This document shows positions 37,875-47,635 of a stretch of DNA of 64,000 nt, piece after piece. Under the pieces are notes generated by a model. It was not told where the DNA came from and did not search any database. It saw nothing but the letters and a program-made list of their open reading frames with translations. Both the position numbers and the translations under genes were made by a program. Within the stretch, counting starts at the first letter, position 1. Every line of letters begins with the position of its first letter. Origin of the DNA: Candidatus Woesearchaeota archaeon (GTDB lineage: Archaea > Nanobdellota > Nanobdellia > Pacearchaeales > GW2011-AR1); the NCBI GenBank assembly GCA_964412025.1, contig CAYPLY010000001.1, positions 4,797 to 68,796 on the forward strand, read 5' to 3'.

Positions 37875-38225
37875 TTACAAATCTATAACACCTTCTTTTG
37901 TCAGAGCTGCAAATCTTATTCCAACTGGAAGGTTAATTAATGCAGATATAAGTGCCATATGTTCTTTTCCTTCCCCACTTGCTATTGAAAGTGCCACTTC
38001 AGTTCCATCTATTTTATTTTTAAGTTTTTTAAGAAATTCTTCTCTTAGGTCTTTTATTTTTGCCTTTAAATCTACTTTTATGAATTCAAATTTTTTTTCG
38101 TGTGTAAAACCTGTTCCAAACTCATCCCCTATAACAATTATTTTGTCCCATTCTCCATGCTTCATAAGTCCAGAAACCTGTCCCCAGCTTCCTTTCCCAG
38201 TAGATAATAATGCTACTAATTCCAT
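37875..38225 (-). CDS. hypothetical protein (116 aa)
   Basis: ORF with 2-nt spacing to its neighbours. Sequence ...ALSIASGEGKEHMALISALINLPVGIRFAAL; family not recognised. Confidence 0.5.
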   Translation of the reverse strand: MELVALLSTGKGSWGQVSGLMKHGEWDKIIVIGDEFGTGFTHEKKFEFIKVDLKAKIKDLREEFLKKLKNKIDGTEVALSIASGEGKEHMALISALINLPVGIRFAALTKEGVIDL

Positions 38226-38226
38226 T

Positions 38227-38535
38227 TTAAAGTTTCTCCACTAATTTCTCAATATTTGAAACATTATTTTTGGAGATAATTTCAATTGCAGAAGTTTTAC
38301 TTATTTTAACAGGAGGTAAAAGATATCTTGGTACAGATAATTCCCCTTTATCATTCAACTTGATTCCCATTTTCTTAGGGGAAATCGAACTTCCAATTAT
38401 ATCAAGCTTATTGTTTGATTTAAGTAATACGTAAGAAACCTTCTCAGGAGAGGATTTATATCTTAAACCATAATATTCGTCCATGTTAGAAAAGTGAAAT
38501 TCCTTGTTTTTAAGGATTATTGTAATTTTGGGCAT
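38227..38535 (-). CDS. hypothetical protein (102 aa)
   Basis: First gene of the three-gene unit. No recognisable motif. Confidence 0.45.
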   Translation of the reverse strand: MPKITIILKNKEFHFSNMDEYYGLRYKSSPEKVSYVLLKSNNKLDIIGSSISPKKMGIKLNDKGELSVPRYLLPPVKISKTSAIEIISKNNVSNIEKLVEKL

Positions 38536-38647
38536 AACCTAACATTTAAAAACCCAAAAAAACATAGAAAAATAGCCGTTTGAACCATATCGTGCTGGAT
38601 TACATTCTATATCCAGGGCGCATAATTTGGGAGGCTAAAACAGTAAG

Positions 38648-39280
38648 ATGGCAGAATTAGAAGAAGAACTAAAGAAAGCATTGACTGAGCTAAGAAAGTC
38701 TAAGGAAAGAAAGTTTGACCAGACGGTCGATTTAATTGTAAATCTTCAAAAATTTGATATTAAAAAAAGTAATGTAAACCTTTTTGTTAGCGTTCCGCAT
38801 AAAATTAAGGATAAGAAAATAGCTGGATTTTTAGAGGTTAAAAATTCAAGTATAGATACTATAACTCCTGACGAATTCAAGAAATATAATGATAAAGCTA
38901 AGATGAAAGGTCTTGTTAATCATTACGATTTCTTTATAGCTCAAGCTAGTCTTATGCCAAGCGTTGCTACAAATTTTGGTAGGGCTTTGGGACCAACAGG
39001 AAAGATGCCCTCTCCACAGCTTGGGATTATAATGAATGCTGATGAGAAGACGTTAAAGGAGCTCACATCTAAGATAAATACAAGCATTAAGATAAAGGTA
39101 AAAGAATCAAGTATAAAAATTCCGATAGGAAAGCAAACAATGAAAGATGAGGATATAATTGAGAATATTCTTGCAGTTTATAATCTGCTTCTTAAGACTC
39201 TCCCAAGAAATAAAGAGAACATAAAAAATGTTGAAATAAAATTCACAATGACTAAACCTTACAAAATATCAATTAAATGA
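38648..39280 (+). CDS. rpl1: 50S ribosomal protein L1
   Basis: FIAQASLMP...GRALGPTGKMPSP core. 210 aa. Confidence 0.9.
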   Translation: MAELEEELKKALTELRKSKERKFDQTVDLIVNLQKFDIKKSNVNLFVSVPHKIKDKKIAGFLEVKNSSIDTITPDEFKKYNDKAKMKGLVNHYDFFIAQASLMPSVATNFGRALGPTGKMPSPQLGIIMNADEKTLKELTSKINTSIKIKVKESSIKIPIGKQTMKDEDIIENILAVYNLLLKTLPRNKENIKNVEIKFTMTKPYKISIK

Positions 39281-39281
39281 A

Positions 39282-40127
39282 ATGAAAACTAAAAAAACTG
39301 ATAAATCTGTCAAGACAACGCATGTTTCTGAAAGGAAAAAGAATGCTGTTGCAGAGTTATCTAAACTTTTGAAAGAGAATAAGACATTGCTTATAGCTTC
39401 AATAAAGAATATACCCGGTTCTCAGTTTCAAGAGATTGTTAAGAAGATGAGGGGGAAAGCTGTTGTTAAGGTTCCTAAGAAGAATTTAATAATAAAAGCT
39501 ATAGATTCTTCAAAGGATGAAGATATAAAGAAAGTAAAAGAAAGCATAACTAATGATTTTGCTTTGTTATTTTCAAATGTTGACTCTTTTGAATTAGCTA
39601 TTGAATTAATAAGAAAGAAGAGTCCTTCTAAAGCAAAGGCTGGACAAATAGCTCCGGAAGATATCGAGATACCTGCAGGTCCAACAGATTTGGTTCCTGG
39701 ACCGGCAATAAGCGAATTAGGTGCTTTAGGAATACAAATTCAAATTGAAGGGGGAAAAATAACAATCAAAACCCCTAAAGTTGTTGCAAAGAAGGGAGAA
39801 AAGATAAGTCAGGGTGCTGCTGATATGATGGGTAAACTGGATATTAAACCATTTACAATAGGATTTATTCCAGTTGCAGCATTTGATAATGAGAAGAAGT
39901 TATTTTATCCTGAGATAAATTTGAATCCAGAAAAGACTCTTGAAGATTTCAAAGAAGCTTATGGAAGAGCACTCCCTTTCGCAGTAAATGTAGGGTATGC
40001 TACTCCTGAAACAATTACATTCTTAATTGGAAAAGCAGGGATGCATGAAAAAGCAATTGAAAGATTACAGGAAAATAAATCAGATACTCAAACTCCTGAA
40101 TTAAATTCTACAGGAGAAGGAAATTAA
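39282..40127 (+). CDS. rplP0: 50S ribosomal stalk protein P0 (L10)
   Basis: Position and length (281 aa) are typical of archaeal P0 between L1 and P1. The acidic/Ala-rich tail and conserved body fit P0. Confidence 0.85.
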   Translation: MKTKKTDKSVKTTHVSERKKNAVAELSKLLKENKTLLIASIKNIPGSQFQEIVKKMRGKAVVKVPKKNLIIKAIDSSKDEDIKKVKESITNDFALLFSNVDSFELAIELIRKKSPSKAKAGQIAPEDIEIPAGPTDLVPGPAISELGALGIQIQIEGGKITIKTPKVVAKKGEKISQGAADMMGKLDIKPFTIGFIPVAAFDNEKKLFYPEINLNPEKTLEDFKEAYGRALPFAVNVGYATPETITFLIGKAGMHEKAIERLQENKSDTQTPELNSTGEGN

Positions 40128-40128
40128 A

Positions 40129-40416
40129 ATGGAATACATATATGCGGCACTTTTGTTGCACAAACTTGGAAAAGAAGTTAGTGAAGCAAACATAAAAAGT
40201 GTTGTTGTAGCTGCTGGCGCACATGCAGATGATTCAAAAATCAAATCGCTTGTCGCTAGTTTAAATGGTGTTGATATAGCAAGTGAATTGGCTAATGCTA
40301 GTTTAGTTGCTGCTGCTCCTTCTAGCTCAGCTCCTGCTGAAGCAAAGAAAGAAGAAGCTCCAAAAGAAGAGAAACACGAAGCTGCAGCAGAGGGACTTAG
40401 TGCACTTTTCGGTTAA
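40129..40416 (+). CDS. rpl12: 50S ribosomal stalk protein P1 (L12)
   Basis: [25 protein letters not shown]... with an Ala-rich hinge and a conserved C-terminus [16 protein letters not shown]. Confidence 0.85.
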   Translation: MEYIYAALLLHKLGKEVSEANIKSVVVAAGAHADDSKIKSLVASLNGVDIASELANASLVAAAPSSSAPAEAKKEEAPKEEKHEAAAEGLSALFG

Positions 40417-40438
40417 TTTTAAATTTTTTTAAAAGTAA
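40417..40438 (+). terminator. oligo-T tract, putative archaeal terminator after the L1-P0-P1 operon
   Basis: TTTTAAATTTTTTTTAAAAG lies immediately after the rpl12 stop, in a convergent intergenic region. Confidence 0.35.
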
Positions 40439-40594
40439 CTAAGCCCTTTACACTTTCATAGTTTGTACGCAAACTCTGAACTGACGACAAGCCCTAAATG
40501 TATTTTCAATGATAAGAATTTTTAAAAATAAATAGCCTCAGAAATATACTTAATGAAAAATAAAGCATAAATTAATTTATCTAAATAATAACTC

Positions 40595-41842
40595 TTATCT
40601 CACAAACCCAACTTTCTTTAGAATTTCCGGACCCATAATTCTTCCCAATTCTCCCTTTCTGCATTCTTTTTCACAGAATTTCTTTGCAACTGGGAGATGC
40701 CTGCAATCATAAAATAAAACTGGAACCGGGTCTGCAGAATGTGATTTAAGTTTACAGGGAGTTGAATGGTCTCCTGTAACAACAATTTTTATTTTGTATT
40801 GGGGAGCAATGCTCCTCAAATATTTGAATAGAGTAATATCAATATACTCAATCATTAATTTTTTTTCAACAGGTTTGTTATCATGTCCTGGCAAATCTGT
40901 TTCTTTTATATGAATATACGCGTAGTCTGCCCTTTTGATATTTTTTTTAATTACATTCGCAGCATGCTTGCAAGCTTTGCGGAGGCCTTTCCACAAGTTT
41001 TCATATGCGTCTATCCCTGTAAGTTCAGGGTAATCAAAGGAATAATTTTTCATTCCGCAGGTATTTGCAAAACCTATTTCTAACGGCATATAGTTTGAAG
41101 AGACCCATTTTTTGTATTGTTTTAATTTAGGAGGTTCAATTCCGGCTCCTCTTACCAGCAAAAAATTTGCAGGAAGTAATCCTCTTCTTACTCTTTCAAC
41201 ATTTACTGGATGTGAATTAAGTATAAAGTATGCCTTTTCAATAAATTCATTTACAATGTTTGCACTATATTGGGAGTTTTCATCCTCATCTAATGCCCTG
41301 CATTTCATAATTTTGTTTGAAATTAAGGTCATACCTTCCATATAAGTAGTATCATTTCCGGATACGTTATCTGAAAATCCTCCTCTGAATACAAGTGCTG
41401 CTCTGTGCTGAACAGTTGGTTTGAAGGTAAATTCACATGGAAGTTTTATTTTATTAATCGCCTTTGCAAGGAGATTCGCTTCATTGGTTGTTAGAGTTCT
41501 TCCAGCTCTTCTATCAATGATGTTTCCATTTTCTAAAGAATCTATTGTACCAAAATTTACTCTAAATGCCAAGTCTCCTCTTGTTATCTTTAAATCACTC
41601 CCTCTTGCTTCTAATTGCCCTCTTGTGCTTGATATTAATTCATTTCCAAATAATGAGACTATTGCCTCATCTGATTCAGGAATGAATCCTGGTTTTACTG
41701 TATACACATATCCAAGTTGTCCTCTGGCGGCCAAGAAATCCAGATTTGGAGTTTGTGCAGCCTCTAAAGGGGTTTGTTCATTTAGGAGTTTATGTGGCAA
41801 ATCTCCTAATCCATCAAGTATTACAAATATGCCTTTCATCAT
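40595..41842 (-). CDS. apgM: 2,3-bisphosphoglycerate-independent phosphoglycerate mutase, archaeal type
   Basis: MMKGIFVILDGLGD N-terminus and 415-aa length are typical of the ApgM family. Confidence 0.85.
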   Translation of the reverse strand: MMKGIFVILDGLGDLPHKLLNEQTPLEAAQTPNLDFLAARGQLGYVYTVKPGFIPESDEAIVSLFGNELISSTRGQLEARGSDLKITRGDLAFRVNFGTIDSLENGNIIDRRAGRTLTTNEANLLAKAINKIKLPCEFTFKPTVQHRAALVFRGGFSDNVSGNDTTYMEGMTLISNKIMKCRALDEDENSQYSANIVNEFIEKAYFILNSHPVNVERVRRGLLPANFLLVRGAGIEPPKLKQYKKWVSSNYMPLEIGFANTCGMKNYSFDYPELTGIDAYENLWKGLRKACKHAANVIKKNIKRADYAYIHIKETDLPGHDNKPVEKKLMIEYIDITLFKYLRSIAPQYKIKIVVTGDHSTPCKLKSHSADPVPVLFYDCRHLPVAKKFCEKECRKGELGRIMGPEILKKVGFVR

Positions 41843-41938
41843 AATATAATAGAGCGCCCTTTCTTTATAAAAATTTAGATTAGAAGCTTAAACCTGTTAA
41901 ACCAAAACCTTAATAACTAATTATTTGCTTTAAAAAAC

Positions 41939-43189
41939 ATGTTTGGAAAACTTAAGGAAAAGTTAAAAAGTTGGACACAGGGAATAATAAAAAAGGCAGT
42001 TGTAGAAGAAGTTGAGGAAGTTGCAAAGAAGGAAAAGTCCAAAAAGAGTGAAAAATCTGTTAAGGAAAAGAAGGAAACTAAGGTTAAGGAAATATCTAAA
42101 AAAGAGAAGAAAGATAGCAAGATAAAGAATAAAGGAGCTGAAGAGATAATTCAAGAGATTGAAAAAAAAGAGAAAGCTAAGGAAGAGATAAAGCCAATAG
42201 AGGAACACGAATATATTGAACCTGCTCCAAAAGTTTTTGATAAGGAAGAAAGAGAGATAAGTGAGAAGGTAATAAAAGATATAAAAGTAGAAGAAGAGGA
42301 GAAAAAAGGATTCTTCAAAAAAATATTTTCAGGTATAAATAAAGTACAAATATCAGATGAGGATTTCGACTCATATTCTGGTGATTTAGAAATGATTTTG
42401 CTTGAGAATAATGTTGCACTTGAAGTTTCAGATAAGATAATTAATCAGCTTAGAAAGAATTTGGTTGGTAAAGAATTTCTAAAAAAAGAGATAGAGGGAC
42501 AGATAAGAGAATCTCTTAAGGATATAATTTATAATATACTCATAGAGCCCTTTGATGTTATTGAGAAGATAAAAGACAAAAAGTTGTCAGAAAAAAAGCC
42601 TTTTGTTATTCTTTTTTGTGGCATTAATGGTACTGGAAAGACAACCAGTATTGCTAAGCTTGGAAATATGCTTAAAGATAAAAAACTATCCTGTGTGTTT
42701 GCTGCAGGAGATACGTTCAGGGCAGCTTCAATAGAACAATTAAAAAAACACGGTTCTAAACTGAATATAGAAGTTATAGCTCACGAGTATGGTTCTGATC
42801 CAGCTTCTGTTGGTTTTGATGCAATAAAATATGCTGAAAAAAATCATATAGATGTTGTTTTAATTGATACTGCTGGAAGGATGCATACTGAAAAAAATCT
42901 GATGGCGCAGATTGAAAAGGTCGCAAAAGTTTGTAATCCTGATTTGAAGATCTTTGTAGGAGAGAGTATAACGGGTAATGATATAATTGAACAGATTAAA
43001 TCGTTTAATCAATCCGTTAAAATAGACGGAATAATCTTAAGCAAGGCAGATATTGATGAAAAGGGAGGAACTGCTTTGAGTGTAGGATATACAACAGAGA
43101 AACCTATTTTGTATCTTGGAGTGGGTCAGGAATATAAAGATTTACAGAAATTTGATAAGAATAAGTTTGTCGAGAGTTTGGGTTTGTAA
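41939..43189 (+). CDS. ftsY: signal recognition particle receptor FtsY
   Basis: K/E-rich N-terminal A domain followed by an NG domain with GINGTGKTTSIAKL, DTAGRMHT and a TKLD-type motif. Confidence 0.9.
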   Translation: MFGKLKEKLKSWTQGIIKKAVVEEVEEVAKKEKSKKSEKSVKEKKETKVKEISKKEKKDSKIKNKGAEEIIQEIEKKEKAKEEIKPIEEHEYIEPAPKVFDKEEREISEKVIKDIKVEEEEKKGFFKKIFSGINKVQISDEDFDSYSGDLEMILLENNVALEVSDKIINQLRKNLVGKEFLKKEIEGQIRESLKDIIYNILIEPFDVIEKIKDKKLSEKKPFVILFCGINGTGKTTSIAKLGNMLKDKKLSCVFAAGDTFRAASIEQLKKHGSKLNIEVIAHEYGSDPASVGFDAIKYAEKNHIDVVLIDTAGRMHTEKNLMAQIEKVAKVCNPDLKIFVGESITGNDIIEQIKSFNQSVKIDGIILSKADIDEKGGTALSVGYTTEKPILYLGVGQEYKDLQKFDKNKFVESLGL

Positions 43190-43191
43190 AA

Positions 43192-43554
43192 TTAGTTTTC
43201 AGTGAGTTTACCTAGAGATTCTGCTTTAATGTTATTTATTTTTCCTTCAAGGTTTCTATCATAAAAATTTCTGAAATTGTCTTCGCTAAAATTTACTTCT
43301 TTTCTTGATAAATAATTTATATAAAAAATGGGATATGAACTTATGAATGTTTCTGTGCCAACATCGTCAACTCCTTCCGGAGGAGATATTTTCTCTGAAT
43401 AAATATCAGGTATTACCTGGAGGGATAAAATATTCCCTCTTGACCTGTAAACTTTTTTATAAAATGCATGGATTAATTCCTGATTATATATTGAATCATT
43501 GCTATCCGATTTAATTACCTTTGTCCAAATCCTCTTTTTATCGAAAACACGCAT
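43192..43554 (-). CDS. hypothetical protein (120 aa)
   Basis: ORF convergent with ftsY. No recognisable motif. Confidence 0.4.
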   Translation of the reverse strand: MRVFDKKRIWTKVIKSDSNDSIYNQELIHAFYKKVYRSRGNILSLQVIPDIYSEKISPPEGVDDVGTETFISSYPIFYINYLSRKEVNFSEDNFRNFYDRNLEGKINNIKAESLGKLTEN

Positions 43555-43610
43555 AGAATAATATTATAATTTTAACTTAAATATATTTATATTCTAGATT
43601 TTATTAATTA

Positions 43611-43691
43611 CGCCGGAACCAGGAATCGAACCTGGAAATCCTTGCGGATCACGATTTCCAATCGTGTGGAGTACCATTGTCCCATTCCGGC
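43611..43691 (-). tRNA. tRNA-Ser (GGA), type II
   Basis: Reverse-complement cloverleaf. Acceptor GCCGGAA/TTCCGGC with discriminator G; anticodon stem CACGA/TCGTG; loop TTGGAAA; long variable arm ATCCGCAAGGATTT; T-arm CCAGG-TTCGATT-CCTGG. Confidence 0.75.
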
Positions 43692-43775
43692 ATATAAGAC
43701 TCTAGGGGAGAGTATTTTAAAATGTATTTCTAATTTGCTAAATTGTTATAAACAAACCCTTTTTCTAGTGATTTA

Positions 43776-44246
43776 ATGGATAATCTTGAGATAATAGAGG
43801 ATATCTTTAATAGAACTAGATCAATTACTAAGTTAATTATTCCAAATCAAGAAAACCTCCAGATTGTTTCTATAATGAATTATTTTCTTGTAACATCTCT
43901 TTATTTAAATGGGCGCAGGGAAGTTAGTAAATTTAAGAAAAATTGGACAGAAATTAGTAACCAGCTTAAACAGGGTATAGATAAAAATATTTGGAGAGAG
44001 TATTACAATTCAATTCATAATAATGTTAATAGCAGATTGACTCATGAGGAGGTTTCTTATAATGAACTTGCTAACTTTTATCAGAATATCTTTTTGAGAA
44101 TGTATGGAGAGGCCAAGATGAAGTATGATTCTTATTATAAGAATTTTGGAGATAGAAGAAGGGAACATTATGAGTATATCTTTAGTACAAACGCAAGGTT
44201 TGAAGAAGCATTAAGTAATGGAGATCCGGCTGCTTTTTGTGATTAA
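43776..44246 (+). CDS. hypothetical protein (156 aa)
   Basis: ORF directly upstream of srp54 in the same orientation. No recognisable motif. Confidence 0.45.
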   Translation: MDNLEIIEDIFNRTRSITKLIIPNQENLQIVSIMNYFLVTSLYLNGRREVSKFKKNWTEISNQLKQGIDKNIWREYYNSIHNNVNSRLTHEEVSYNELANFYQNIFLRMYGEAKMKYDSYYKNFGDRRREHYEYIFSTNARFEEALSNGDPAAFCD

Positions 44247-44304
44247 ATTTTTAATATATTTACTAAACCACAAATTTATTAACCCTAAATAAACTCGTTT
44301 TAGT

Positions 44305-45687
44305 ATGTTAGAGAAGTTAGGAGATGCATTAAGGAAAGCAAGAGATAAACTAGCTAATGCTCTTTTTCTAGATAAGAATGTTGTTGAGAGTGTAGTTAAA
44401 GATTTGCAAAGGGCTTTAATTGAAGCAGATGTAAATATACTTCTTGTAAAAGAGATATCTGATAAAATAAAGAAAGCGGCTTATGATGAAAGAATAAAAG
44501 AAATCGATAAAAAAGAACATGTAATTAAACTTCTTCATGACGAATTAGTAAAAATTCTTGGAGAGCATAAAACTTTGGAATTGCCTTCAGGGAAGCAGTC
44601 TAGAATAATGTTTTTGGGACTGTATGGAGCGGGAAAGACAACTACTATTGCAAAGATTGGTAACTGGTATGCAAAGAGAGGAAAAAAAGTAATTCTTGTC
44701 GGTTTAGATGTCCATAGGCCAGCTGCAAAAGAACAGCTGGAACAGCTTGCTAAGAAAAATAATATTCCCTATTTTGTAGATTTTGATGAAGCAGATGCAG
44801 TTAAGACTTGGAAAAAGTTTGAGAAAAAACAGGATTTAAAAAAATATGATTTAATACTTGTAGATACTGCAGGGAGACATACTTTAGATAAGGATTTAAT
44901 AAAGGAGATAAAGGAGTTAAATAAAGAGATAAAACCCACAGAAACAATTTTGGTTATGCCCGCAGATATTGGACAGGCTGCAAAGAAACAAGCGAGTGAA
45001 TTTCAAGAGGCATTAAAGATTTCTGGAGTAATAATTACTAGAATGGATTCTACAGCTAAAGGAGGGGGAGCTTTAACCGCCTGTGCAGAAACAAAAGCAG
45101 GAGTATATTATATAACTACAGGAGAGAAGATAAATGATATAGAAGAGTTTAATCCTGAAAGTTTTCTTTCTAGACTTTTAGGGATGGGAGATTTACAGGC
45201 GCTTATAGATAAAATTCGCTCAGTTACAGATGAGAAAAATCAGGAAAAAATGCAGAAGAAGCTTGAAGAGGGAAAACTTTCTCTGGAAGATGTAATTGAA
45301 CAGGTAAAATCTATGAATCAACTTGGAGGATTTGATAAGATAAAGGGGATGATTCCTGGGTTTGGTAAAGCAAAGATTCCTGAAGGGATGTTGGATAGTC
45401 AACAGGAGAAGATTGCTAAGTGGGAACATATTTTGAAATCTATGACTTTAGAGGAAAGAGAAAACCCAGAATTGTTTGATAAACAAACCTCAAGAATAGG
45501 GAGAGTTGCAAAGGGTGCAGGAGTCAATAACAGCGATATTAGGGCTTTGCTCAAACAATATAAGATGCTTCAGGATTTGATTAAGGGAGGAGTTGAGAAT
45601 ATGGATATGTCCAAGGGTTTCTCTCAAAAACAAATGCAAAAAATGATGAAGAATTTTGGAAAGAAAAAGATGATGAAATTTAGATAA
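44305..45687 (+). CDS. srp54: signal recognition particle protein SRP54
   Basis: NG domain with GLYGAGKTTTIAKI and DTAGRH. Met-rich M domain at the C-terminus (KQMQKMMKNFGKKKMMKF). Confidence 0.9.
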   Translation: MLEKLGDALRKARDKLANALFLDKNVVESVVKDLQRALIEADVNILLVKEISDKIKKAAYDERIKEIDKKEHVIKLLHDELVKILGEHKTLELPSGKQSRIMFLGLYGAGKTTTIAKIGNWYAKRGKKVILVGLDVHRPAAKEQLEQLAKKNNIPYFVDFDEADAVKTWKKFEKKQDLKKYDLILVDTAGRHTLDKDLIKEIKELNKEIKPTETILVMPADIGQAAKKQASEFQEALKISGVIITRMDSTAKGGGALTACAETKAGVYYITTGEKINDIEEFNPESFLSRLLGMGDLQALIDKIRSVTDEKNQEKMQKKLEEGKLSLEDVIEQVKSMNQLGGFDKIKGMIPGFGKAKIPEGMLDSQQEKIAKWEHILKSMTLEERENPELFDKQTSRIGRVAKGAGVNNSDIRALLKQYKMLQDLIKGGVENMDMSKGFSQKQMQKMMKNFGKKKMMKFR

Positions 45688-45864
45688 ATTTTTAATATTA
45701 TTTTCTTTCATTAAATTTAATAATTATCTGCCACAGCATATTTATAATTAAGTGCAATAAGTTAAACCCTGTTTGATTTTACCTTGATAAATATAATATT
45801 ATAATTGTAATAATTTCTCCTGAAATCTTTTTTAAAGAATACAAAATATTTATTAATATTTTTC

Positions 45865-47016
45865 TTACTTCTCAATCTTTTCAATCTTATCCAAGTTTTG
45901 AGAAGCTTCGATTAAATTTGAGAGCTTTTTTGAAGGTTCTCCCATACTTAAGATTACGTATTTTAAGCCTAGTTGGGAGGCTTTCTTGTTTGCATTTATT
46001 ATGTCTGTATCCAATATTTTTCTTTTGTTATATGCAACAAGGAGTTTTTCTGAACCCTCTGATTTTATTTTTAGATGTATTTCGTTTTTATTGAAACTCT
46101 CTATATTAATTATCTCAATAGTTTCTTTTGATAGGAACTCTTTTATTTTATTGAAAAATTTATCGTCTTGCTTTTGCGTTGCTGAAGGTTTCTTTTTTGT
46201 TGCTTTTTCTTGTTTGTATTTTGTTTTAGATTTGTTTTTTTCTGTTTTTTCTTTGGATATTTTTTCTTTCTTTCTTTCTTGAGAGAGTTCTTCTTTTTTT
46301 TCTACATCTTTAGGCTTTTCTTTAACTGGTATCTGTAATAATGCTTCTTCTTTATTTTCTTTTTCATATTCAGTTACTTCTTGTTTTATTTCTTCTTTTT
46401 CTTGAATTTCTTCTTCCTTGATTTCTTCTTCAATTTCTTTTTCCTTCTCGAGATCTTCTTTTTCTTTTCTTATTTTTTCTATTTCTTTTATATCAATATC
46501 TTTAATCATCTTTTCCCCTATCTTTCTTTCTTCTTCACTGAATGCTTTTGGTTTTGCCTGTACAAACTCATGTTCTTCTATGGGTTTGAAGTCATTTTTG
46601 TATTCAGACTCTTTTGAAGTAAAGTATCTCCATATTATTTGGTTATCTTTTCTGAAAGGCACCGCAAAATCTTTTATCTCTCTTAGAGCAACTCTTATCG
46701 CGGGAGGTTGTTCAAAATCTCTAAGGAATCTTTTTTCCTGGAGTAAAATGAATGCTTCTTTTTCTTTACTTTTTAGGTAGTTTCCGAATTTTTCTAATTG
46801 TGGTTCTTGTCCTGGGATATAATATATTGGAGAATTTCCAACTCTCATATGGCTTAATTTTATTTGTCTATCTGAAAGGAGTTCAGATAAGAAAGCAGAA
46901 GCAAAAAGCATGCTTATTCCGGTATCCTGAGAGATGTAAACAGGTAAAGTTGGACCTTTTATTCTAAGTATTGAAAGAATCTTCTCTTTTATTTTTGAGG
47001 CGTCTTGAGTGGGCAT
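45865..47016 (-). CDS. winged-helix-like DNA-binding protein with a long K/E-rich low-complexity region
   Basis: N-terminus KILSILRIKGPTLPVYISQDTGISMLFASAFLSELLSDRQI is wHTH-like. The central region shares a roughly 30-aa module, KPIEEHEF..PKAF.EEER.I.EK.IKDI, with the FtsY A-domain. Confidence 0.55.
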   Translation of the reverse strand: MPTQDASKIKEKILSILRIKGPTLPVYISQDTGISMLFASAFLSELLSDRQIKLSHMRVGNSPIYYIPGQEPQLEKFGNYLKSKEKEAFILLQEKRFLRDFEQPPAIRVALREIKDFAVPFRKDNQIIWRYFTSKESEYKNDFKPIEEHEFVQAKPKAFSEEERKIGEKMIKDIDIKEIEKIRKEKEDLEKEKEIEEEIKEEEIQEKEEIKQEVTEYEKENKEEALLQIPVKEKPKDVEKKEELSQERKKEKISKEKTEKNKSKTKYKQEKATKKKPSATQKQDDKFFNKIKEFLSKETIEIINIESFNKNEIHLKIKSEGSEKLLVAYNKRKILDTDIINANKKASQLGLKYVILSMGEPSKKLSNLIEASQNLDKIEKIEK

Positions 47017-47064
47017 TATTTTAGAAAAGTCTTACGGATTATAAACATTTATGTTTGTATCTTT

Positions 47065-47589
47065 TTATGTTTTAACCCAACTTACTTCGTAATAAGAAAC
47101 ATCTGATTCTTCATCAATTATTGCTAAAAGTAGATTCTTTTTTGTAGAATGCGCTACCCTATTTTTTGCAGCAAACTCGTGCCAGGAGAATTTTTTTGAT
47201 TCATGTTCACAGAAAACAATCCATTTAGCATGTTCTTCATCCGGGGTTGTTCCTTTTTCATATACTCTGAAATCAGCTCCAAATTTAAGTGCAGTTTTTA
47301 GTACATATCCTTTGTCACGTAAATCTCTAAAAACGGGATATTTTAATTGAATTCTGCTGTCTATCTTTTTGAATATCCTTAAAATCTCTTCAAAATTAAG
47401 TATCTTGTTTGATTTTTTTATTTGTATTTTGTTTTTCTCAAGAAGATAAAGAGCTTCAACCAGAGAATATTGTATTTTTTGTCCCACTGGCTGTCCAAAA
47501 TTGGACTTTTTGTAGAGTGTAAATGCCTCAGATTCGTTTGTTGAGACAATTTCTCCTATTAAATAGGTATTTATTTTCTCCATGTTCAT
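47065..47589 (-). CDS. endA: tRNA-splicing endonuclease
   Basis: ...RDLRDKGYVLKTALKFGADFRVYEKG...HAKWIVFCEHE is the EndA catalytic C-terminal domain pattern. 174 aa. Confidence 0.8.
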   Translation of the reverse strand: MNMEKINTYLIGEIVSTNESEAFTLYKKSNFGQPVGQKIQYSLVEALYLLEKNKIQIKKSNKILNFEEILRIFKKIDSRIQLKYPVFRDLRDKGYVLKTALKFGADFRVYEKGTTPDEEHAKWIVFCEHESKKFSWHEFAAKNRVAHSTKKNLLLAIIDEESDVSYYEVSWVKT

Positions 47590-47635
47590 GTTATGTTAGG
47601 AGAATATTTAAAAGTTCCTGATTAATTACTTAATT

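Noticed and set aside
40883-42208. Plus-strand ORFs within apgM (40883-41083, 41112-41345, 41421-41849) and minus ORFs 41917-42120 and 41963-42208 within ftsY
   Set aside because: Antisense to strongly conserved genes. The ftsY ones are off-frame readings of a K/E-rich repeat region.
45220-46967. ORFs antisense to srp54 (45220-45429, 45490-45711) and to the 45865-47016 gene (45986-46282, 46381-46617, 46418-46780, 46752-46967)
   Set aside because: These are shadow ORFs. The poly-F/L ones are off-frame readings of GAA/AAG-rich repeats.
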